In this document: piece after piece, positions 58,410 through 64,000 of the stretch | Layout of the letters: each line of letters starts with the position of its first letter | How positions within the stretch are numbered: the first letter of the stretch is position 1 | Program-made: the position numbers and the translations under genes | The notes under the pieces: generated by a model | What the model saw: only the letters and a program-made list of their open reading frames with translations | Databases searched by the model: none | What the model was told of the DNA's origin: nothing | From: a virus | Strand: one strand, 5' to 3' | DNA: 64,000 nt | IMG/VR virus record: IMGVR_UViG_3300032241_002567 | Location: 64,001-128,000 of that record

Positions 58410-59108
58410 ATGTCAAGACCATATTTTAATATTGATAATTTAACCTACGCTGGACCTACATTAAGTCTATCATTAACTTATTTTAAGTTAAGAAACTCTG
58501 CTGTTGCTGGTGCAACATTTTCAATAGATGGATTTTCCAATTCTATTGTTGTAACAATTACAAATAGTAACGCTTATCAAGGATTATATGATTCAAATGG
58601 AGTGTTACATGCAGATTCTGCACCTTTTGATACTTTCAATTTAACAGTAGGTTCATTAGGCACTTCTTCAACCACATCTTATACACAACCTACATTAATC
58701 TATAATTATAGTGGAACAGTTTCAGCAACAACTAATTTTACAGTTCAATTACAAGGTGTGACAGTCATAAATGCAACTTCATCAGCATCTTTAGCACCAA
58801 CTGCATCAAATTTTCTAGCTGCAATAATTGGAAGTAGTAGTGCCACTAATTTTACAGGAGCAGCCGCTAATTTTACAGTAGCAGCAAATGGTAATTCTCT
58901 TATATTTACAGCTCCTTTAAATACTGGAAATATTTATAATGGTTTAACTATAAGCAACAATATTACACAAGGTGGATCTTCATTCGCAACCGCATCAGCA
59001 AATGGTATAACATTTTCAGGTGGTTTCAATAACTATAAAGTTGTTTTGAATTATTTACCTCTTGGACCAATTAATGGTTCTAACGAAACTTATTCATTTA
59101 GTAATTAA
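58410..59108 (+). CDS. Ser/Thr/Ala-rich beta protein, possible capsid decoration or fibre
   Basis: Late promoter at 58377-58385; LIFTAP...G...NG...FSGG motif. Confidence 0.5.
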   Translation: MSRPYFNIDNLTYAGPTLSLSLTYFKLRNSAVAGATFSIDGFSNSIVVTITNSNAYQGLYDSNGVLHADSAPFDTFNLTVGSLGTSSTTSYTQPTLIYNYSGTVSATTNFTVQLQGVTVINATSSASLAPTASNFLAAIIGSSSATNFTGAAANFTVAANGNSLIFTAPLNTGNIYNGLTISNNITQGGSSFATASANGITFSGGFNNYKVVLNYLPLGPINGSNETYSFSN

Positions 59109-59138
59109 TTTAAAAATAATAATAAAAAATGGAAGCAG

Positions 59139-59906
59139 TTATTGCTTCCATTTTTTATTATACCAAAATGTTCTGTTATTCGAATCTTTTAATGATTCTC
59201 CTTTTTGATAAAAAACCCAATCTTCAAATTCTTTTGAGTCAGTAATGAATGGATTTTTCCAATCTTTTAATTGACCGCCATTTAAATTATAAGCTTTTAA
59301 TGGTATTTCTTTACATAAATCTAAAATATCTGGACTTTGGTTTATAACAGTTTTAGCATCTAAAAAAGGATTTTCATCAAGATAATAAAGTATTGTTGAA
59401 CGTAAATAATTACCAATCCCATTAAAATATTCTTGCTCTAACAAAGCTTCATAGATAGGTTTTTTAAAAATTGCTTTATCTAAATTATTTAAAATATTTT
59501 GTTTAAATAATTCATGTTCTTTTACAACATCTGGGCCTCTTTTTATCCCTTTAAATGGTTTACCAACAGAATATTTTGGTCCTAAAAATCCACCATATAA
59601 AGATAGTGACATACCAGTATTATCATCAAATTTCAATCTTGTAAATTTTACATCATTCCATTTATTAGTTTGAATATATTTTAAACTACCACTCATACCC
59701 ATAAAAATATGTATGGGTATTTTATCATCTAATTTTATTATAAGTTCCTTACCGTTTGTATCAGCATTAATAGTAAAATTAGAATAATTTGTATCTAATT
59801 GTGGTTTATTTCCTTTTTCAACATGGAAAAGTTTTTCAAAAATTTTTTCTTGTGAATTAGCATTGATATAATCAGCACTAATTTTAACTTCGGCCCATTC
59901 TGGCAT
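59139..59906 (-). CDS. nei: Fpg/Nei-family DNA glycosylase, NEIL1-like (zincless finger)
   Basis: N-terminal PE, GKEL, MGMSG, H2TH region PIYEALLEQEYFNGIGNYLRS.ILY, C-terminal D.N.RTFWY without a Cys4 finger. Confidence 0.88.
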   Translation of the reverse strand: MPEWAEVKISADYINANSQEKIFEKLFHVEKGNKPQLDTNYSNFTINADTNGKELIIKLDDKIPIHIFMGMSGSLKYIQTNKWNDVKFTRLKFDDNTGMSLSLYGGFLGPKYSVGKPFKGIKRGPDVVKEHELFKQNILNNLDKAIFKKPIYEALLEQEYFNGIGNYLRSTILYYLDENPFLDAKTVINQSPDILDLCKEIPLKAYNLNGGQLKDWKNPFITDSKEFEDWVFYQKGESLKDSNNRTFWYNKKWKQ

Positions 59907-59907
59907 A

Positions 59908-60213
59908 TTATTTTAATATTTCTTTTATTTTTAAATCACGAATAAATGTTTTAGCAATAACCGATAAAATCTCGTGCATTTCTTTTGTATCTGTATAAAA
60001 TATTATATTATTATTAGTATTAAAAAGATAAACTTGCTGTCTACCAGTGCCCATTAGTCTATCATTATGGAAATACTTATCATAGATTTTTTCATATGAA
60101 TAATAACGAATTACATATTTGAAACGAGGTTTGAGACTTTCAAATTCAATCTTTTTAATTTTTCTAACAATTATTTTACCGTTATTTTCTATTATATTAA
60201 TCTTTAATATCAT
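59908..60213 (-). CDS. Hypothetical protein
   Basis: 101 aa; C-terminal IRDLKIKEIL. Confidence 0.6.
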   Translation of the reverse strand: MILKINIIENNGKIIVRKIKKIEFESLKPRFKYVIRYYSYEKIYDKYFHNDRLMGTGRQQVYLFNTNNNIIFYTDTKEMHEILSVIAKTFIRDLKIKEILK

Positions 60214-60836
60214 TTTGTAATTTTATTTTTGACATCGGTATAATGTCCTTCTTTATAGAAGACTTTTTTACCATTAAATTCAAATTCATCAGGTGATGTA
60301 AAATAATTTACTTTAATATCATTATATTTGATAATATCATGCTCTTCTAATGGTTTTCTTGATTCGGAACTTAATAAGTTAAAAGTTTTAATTATTTTAA
60401 AGATATATTCTGAATGATTTAAATTTAAATCATTCAGATATCCAATAGTTAAATGAAATCCAAAATATGGTTCTTTACTTAATCCCATTTCTTCTCTTAT
60501 GCTTTCAGCTTGTGGACTATGCACTCTTAACCACCAATGTTTAATGTTGGTTCTTGGTTCTATTTCGTAGAAAAAAGTTATTTCTTTACCATTATATTTA
60601 CGAGCAATTTTATCAAATTTTTCTTGACTAATTTTATCAGAAATTATAGTCACATGAGTTCCCCTTAGAGTTTTCACAAACTTTAAATTAAATCTTTGAG
60701 AAAGAAACCATGCATAATACTTATCTAAGTCACAGTTAAGCATAATCATAGCAACTTTTTTCCAATTTTGTTTTTCATGTTTTTTTGTTTTATTTTCTGG
60801 CTGAAAAACTAATTTACCTTTACACTCTATGACCAT
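60210..60836 (-). CDS. 2H phosphoesterase superfamily protein
   Basis: Two HxT motifs, THVTII and FHLTIG, about 65 aa apart. Confidence 0.7.
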   Translation of the reverse strand: MVIECKGKLVFQPENKTKKHEKQNWKKVAMIMLNCDLDKYYAWFLSQRFNLKFVKTLRGTHVTIISDKISQEKFDKIARKYNGKEITFFYEIEPRTNIKHWWLRVHSPQAESIREEMGLSKEPYFGFHLTIGYLNDLNLNHSEYIFKIIKTFNLLSSESRKPLEEHDIIKYNDIKVNYFTSPDEFEFNGKKVFYKEGHYTDVKNKITK

Positions 60837-60858
60837 TTTGGATACAATTTTCGTTAAA

Positions 60859-60899
60859 CAAAGTTAAACAAAGTTAATCAGAAAAACAAAAAAATCAAA
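60859..60899 (-). promoter_or_regulatory. Tandem Bacteroidota sigma-A promoters (TTTG-N19/20-TAACTTTG)
   Basis: TAACTTTG at 60859-66 and 60869-76, with TTTG at 60887-90 and 60896-99. Confidence 0.65.
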
Positions 60900-60936
60900 T
60901 ATATAAAAATAATATATAAGAAAAATAAGTTATTTT

Positions 60937-61125
60937 ATGGGAAACGAATTTTTAATCAAAAATACTAATAACCTTTCAAAAGATGATTTGACTATGTTAA
61001 GAGAGAAATTTATCTCTGAATATTCAAGAAAGAAAGGATGGGATAAAAACCATTTGACACCAGAGCAATTATTAGAAATCGTGCAACAAAAAGCATACTC
61101 AAATCCTGGAATTATTAAAAGTTAA
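60937..61125 (+). CDS. Small hypothetical late protein
   Basis: Promoter at 60910-60918; terminator at about 61127-61153. Confidence 0.65.
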   Translation: MGNEFLIKNTNNLSKDDLTMLREKFISEYSRKKGWDKNHLTPEQLLEIVQQKAYSNPGIIKS

Positions 61126-61194
61126 ATAAAACCCATCATAAGGTGGGTTTTTTAAAACCTTTTAATTTTTATTAATATAAAAAATAAAAATTAA

Positions 61195-61962
61195 ATGGAA
61201 TTACAAAATATACCAAAAATTACTTATGTAATTGCTTATCAACATAAACCAGATAGGCTTATGAATCTTCGTAGAGTTTTAGAATGGTTGGCTCCTTTTG
61301 GTGGAATGAATGTTATTATAGTTGAGCAAGATAAAAAATCTAAAATTTCTGATCTTAATTTAAGGGCAAAACATATTTTTATTAAATCAGATCTACCTTT
61401 TAACAAAGCATGGGCATTTAATGTTTCTTTAAAGTATTGTACTACACCAATTATTATTTATGGTGATTCAGATTTAATTATGAATCCACAGTCATTCCTA
61501 CAAGCTGTGCAAACATTAGAAAATTATGATTTTGTAAATCCTTATAATTCGGTAATTGACCTATCACCACAAGAATCTATGATGGATTTAAATTCTATCT
61601 TACAAATAAACAGAATAGGACGAGGTGAAGCAGAAGATGATATACAAAAAGTTCCTATCTGTGGTGGTATAATTATGTTTAAAAAGGATAAGTTATATGA
61701 AATTGGTGGATGGAACGAAAGTTTTTATGGATGGGGAGCAGAGGACGACTTTGAATCTTTAAAGGTTAAAACTTTTTTAAAATGGATTACATTGCCAAAT
61801 AAATGCTATCACTTTTATCACGAAAAGTCAAAAATAGATATGAAATTATATCAAAGAAATTTAGAAATTTTAAACCATTTTAATAAATGCACAAAAGAAC
61901 AAATGCAGAATCATATTAACATGACAATTAATAAAATCGGGCAAGTTAATCTACATAGTTAA
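61195..61962 (+). CDS. Glycosyltransferase (GT2 / galactosyltransferase C-terminal type)
   Basis: IIVEQ, FNKAWAFN, DSD, GGWNESFYGWGAEDD, HFYH. Confidence 0.88.
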   Translation: MELQNIPKITYVIAYQHKPDRLMNLRRVLEWLAPFGGMNVIIVEQDKKSKISDLNLRAKHIFIKSDLPFNKAWAFNVSLKYCTTPIIIYGDSDLIMNPQSFLQAVQTLENYDFVNPYNSVIDLSPQESMMDLNSILQINRIGRGEAEDDIQKVPICGGIIMFKKDKLYEIGGWNESFYGWGAEDDFESLKVKTFLKWITLPNKCYHFYHEKSKIDMKLYQRNLEILNHFNKCTKEQMQNHINMTINKIGQVNLHS

Positions 61963-62215
61963 TTCCTTATTTAACAAAATATCGATTTCTTTTATTTTAA
62001 AATATGGTATCCTTATTAAACGAATATTGTTTTTTTGACAATATTCGTTTTTTATTTTATCGTTATTTTGTCTATATTCAAAGCCAATAATTCCACCAAA
62101 ATATTCAACTGGTTCAAAGTGTTGAATGCCATCAAATTCAATAATGGTGTTTATATCCTCTATATAAAAATCGAATGGTAATTTTTCTTTATTTCTACAA
62201 TCATCAAATGTATCA
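61950..62215 (-). pseudogene. 3' remnant of a DUF559/Vsr-like endonuclease
   Basis: TFDDCRNKKKLPFDFYI...IIEFDGIQHF..V.YFGG...DKIKNEYC..NNI.LIRIPY; no in-frame start. Confidence 0.75.
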
Positions 62216-62567
62216 GCTTTAAAAAATTCTAAATTAGTAATTTCTTCAACTCCAAATGGTGAAGGTAATTTATTTCATAAATTATATTTAGATTCTAAAA
62301 GAGAAGAAGGTGATAAAGAAAAAAAATTCATTTAAATTAATTGAAACACCATATTCAGTTATACCAAATAGAGATGAAAAATGGATTGAAGAAATTATAA
62401 AAAGTTGGGGTGGTAATAGAGATATATTTGAGCAGGAATATAATTTGAAATTTTTAACTAAAAATAATTTAGAAAAAGATATAGAAAAAGTAAAAATTGA
62501 TAATAATAAAATTATGACTAAATTAAACGATATAGAAAAATTATTATTACAAATACTCAATAAATAA
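62207..62567 (+). pseudogene. 5'-truncated, frameshifted fragment of a second terminase-ATPase-like gene
   Basis: VSALKNSKLVISSTPNGEGNLFHKLYLDS, frameshift in the A8 run at 62319-26, then KNSFK...W.EE.IK..GG...FEQEY.L.F; collinear with TerL. Confidence 0.75.
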
Positions 62568-62593
62568 AAAAGCACCTTAAAGGTGCTTTTTTA
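62565..62593. terminator. Bidirectional terminator
   Basis: taaaaaagcacctt-a-aaggtgctttttta. Confidence 0.75.
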
Positions 62594-63040
62594 ATCAATT
62601 TTAAATTTTAAATCATATAAATATTTTAATAAACCATCAAAATCTTCACATAAATTTGAACGGCTACTATTCATAACATAAAGTGTTGCCCCCCATTTAC
62701 CATCATTAAAAGAGAATATATCTAGATAATTATTTACTAAAACTCTTCCTTCATCAATAACTTTATAAATCTCAACTTTGATATAATCCGCATAAGTTTC
62801 GGGTTCTTCAATTAATTTTTTTTCGTTATGATCTAACCTATATTGCTTGCTCTGTGTCATTATTTTTTGAATAGAAGATTCTTTATTATTGTTGATAAAA
62901 ATATTTCTTAATAAGAGTATCTTATCTTCTGTTGGATTAATTACATCCTTTTCAGTATATTCATAACTACCCATTATACGATAAGGTAAAATAGGCATAT
63001 TATAATCATTTAATCCATAATTCTTATTGACAAATTGCAT
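62591..63040 (-). CDS. Hypothetical protein
   Basis: 149-aa ORF coupled to the upstream gene. Confidence 0.6.
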   Translation of the reverse strand: MQFVNKNYGLNDYNMPILPYRIMGSYEYTEKDVINPTEDKILLLRNIFINNNKESSIQKIMTQSKQYRLDHNEKKLIEEPETYADYIKVEIYKVIDEGRVLVNNYLDIFSFNDGKWGATLYVMNSSRSNLCEDFDGLLKYLYDLKFKID

Positions 63041-63609
63041 TAGTAATTAACTCTTAATTTTTCATATTTCATTAATAATTTATACATTTTTTCATATTCA
63101 GAATCTAAATCAGTAATTATTCTTTGACTCCACATATTATTATTGAAATATTCAACAACCATTCCTTCTTTTAAATGTTCCTTTTTCTTTGGAAAATAGT
63201 ATCTTTTTTGTTCAGTTAAAGTAAATGTTATTCCTTCATGTATGAAGACTCTTTTATCCATACTATTATCATAGTATTTAACTTCCATAGGAAATTTTTC
63301 TCCATTCCATAACATTCTTGTTAGGATTTTATCTCCTTTATATTTTAAAATAATTTCATTAAAACGAAATTGATTAATTAATAAATTAGCTTCTTTTTCT
63401 AAGACTTGATTATTTTCTGGTGTAAAAGCTATATAATATTTCTCATAAACCGCATTTTGCAATCCCCATATAGGCACAATTGTATAATTCATAGAATATA
63501 ATAGATTTAAAAACATATTATTTCTATGACTATTTTCCTTTTCGGATAGTCCATCAATTTCAGGTGTGGCAATTATATATGATAAATTAGAATCATTTAA
63601 ATTAATCAT
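63040..63609 (-). CDS. Hypothetical late protein
   Basis: Promoter at 63614-63622; 189 aa. Confidence 0.65.
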   Translation of the reverse strand: MINLNDSNLSYIIATPEIDGLSEKENSHRNNMFLNLLYSMNYTIVPIWGLQNAVYEKYYIAFTPENNQVLEKEANLLINQFRFNEIILKYKGDKILTRMLWNGEKFPMEVKYYDNSMDKRVFIHEGITFTLTEQKRYYFPKKKEHLKEGMVVEYFNNNMWSQRIITDLDSEYEKMYKLLMKYEKLRVNY

Positions 63610-63637
63610 ATACTATATATTAAAAATAATTATTTAA

Positions 63638-64000
63638 CTAAAAATTATATTCTCTATCTATAAAATTAAATTCCTCCAAAAGCATAGAATCCATAAGATA
63701 TTGCACTTGTTGTTTATATTGGTCTTGAACTATGATACTATCATGAATTGTTACAATATTAATATCTGGATTGATTAACAAAATAGTTTTAATTACTTTA
63801 TTAAAGATAAAATTTGATTCTAGATTTTGTAATTTATGTGAAATTATACGGTAATCATCATATATTTTTTTATATTCAACAATAAAATTATATATTTTTG
63901 GGAATAATTTTGCGAATGGATTTTCTTTTTTACTATTATTTCTACCAAATAATGTAATATAAACTAATTCTTTACATTCTTTTTTATTTTTAATATTTGA
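63638..64000 (-). CDS. C-terminal part of a family-A polymerase-like protein (5' end outside the window)
   Basis: Open frame from the window edge: K......LFG, F..LFP, LQNLES, motif-C-like VTIHDSII. Confidence 0.55.
   Translation of the reverse strand, partial: SNIKNKKECKELVYITLFGRNNSKKENPFAKLFPKIYNFIVEYKKIYDDYRIISHKLQNLESNFIFNKVIKTILLINPDINIVTIHDSIIVQDQYKQQVQYLMDSMLLEEFNFIDREYNF

Noticed and set aside
1543-62575. Short antisense or out-of-frame ORFs in the track (e.g. 1543-, 1559+, 11461+, 12865+, 16774+, 21887+, 22781+, 23081+, 26919+, 29028-, 33614+, 33664-, 41281-, 52023-, 52524-, 54873-, 62288-)
   Set aside because: Shadows of well-supported genes, with F/S/L/I-biased composition and no promoter or motif
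1-64000. Stop-codon recoding (TAG or TGA), as in Lak and some crAss-like phages
   Set aside because: Long conserved genes are uninterrupted in the standard code, coding density is high, and TAG and TGA both end genes at sensible positions
1-64000. tRNA, rRNA or CRISPR arrays
   Set aside because: No cloverleaf-like or repeat-spacer pattern seen by eye; the tandem repeats found are in-frame coding repeats. tRNAscan was not run
1-64000. Eukaryotic giant-virus (NCLDV) origin, suggested by hairpin gene ends, DUF5824, NEIL1-like and GSII genes
   Set aside because: T4-type portal, terminase, MCP, sheath, tube, baseplate and gp55 sigma factor identify a tailed bacteriophage

Overview
Very AT-rich 64-kb segment of a large T4-related (myovirus-type) jumbo phage, read in the standard genetic code. 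The host is probably a Bacteroidota: there are TAnnTTTG/TTTG promoters, A-rich leaders without Shine-Dalgarno motifs, and Bacteroidota-like ClpS, GSII and agmatinase. The window holds much of the morphogenesis module in scrambled order with frequent strand switches: baseplate, tail tube and sheath, a tape-measure candidate, TerS and TerL (with a class 3 intein), portal, a fused prohead protease-scaffold, major capsid, and gp2/gp4/gp15/gp25 homologs. It also encodes a gp55-like late sigma factor, a clamp loader, an SbcD/gp47 nuclease, homing endonucleases and auxiliary enzymes. The main pattern is a putative capsid-cargo system. About ten unrelated late proteins share an N-terminal tag (M-K-x-[LI]-K-x-[FY]-E-x-F, like the T4 capsid-targeting sequence); they include an ADP-ribosyltransferase-like, a GNAT-like and an isochorismatase-like protein and both halves of a split DUF5824 gene. 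They sit behind a conserved TAATATATA late promoter, and most carry [LIV]-x-E protease sites. Other observations: perfect 28-39 bp palindromic terminators that copy coding ends across the gene junction, a DUF5824 gene split by an HNH endonuclease with a relict target-site fragment, an agmatinase-GNAT-DUF3326-PSD cluster, a 2H phosphoesterase and a NEIL1-like glycosylase. All family calls come from recognising motifs by eye; no database search was run.
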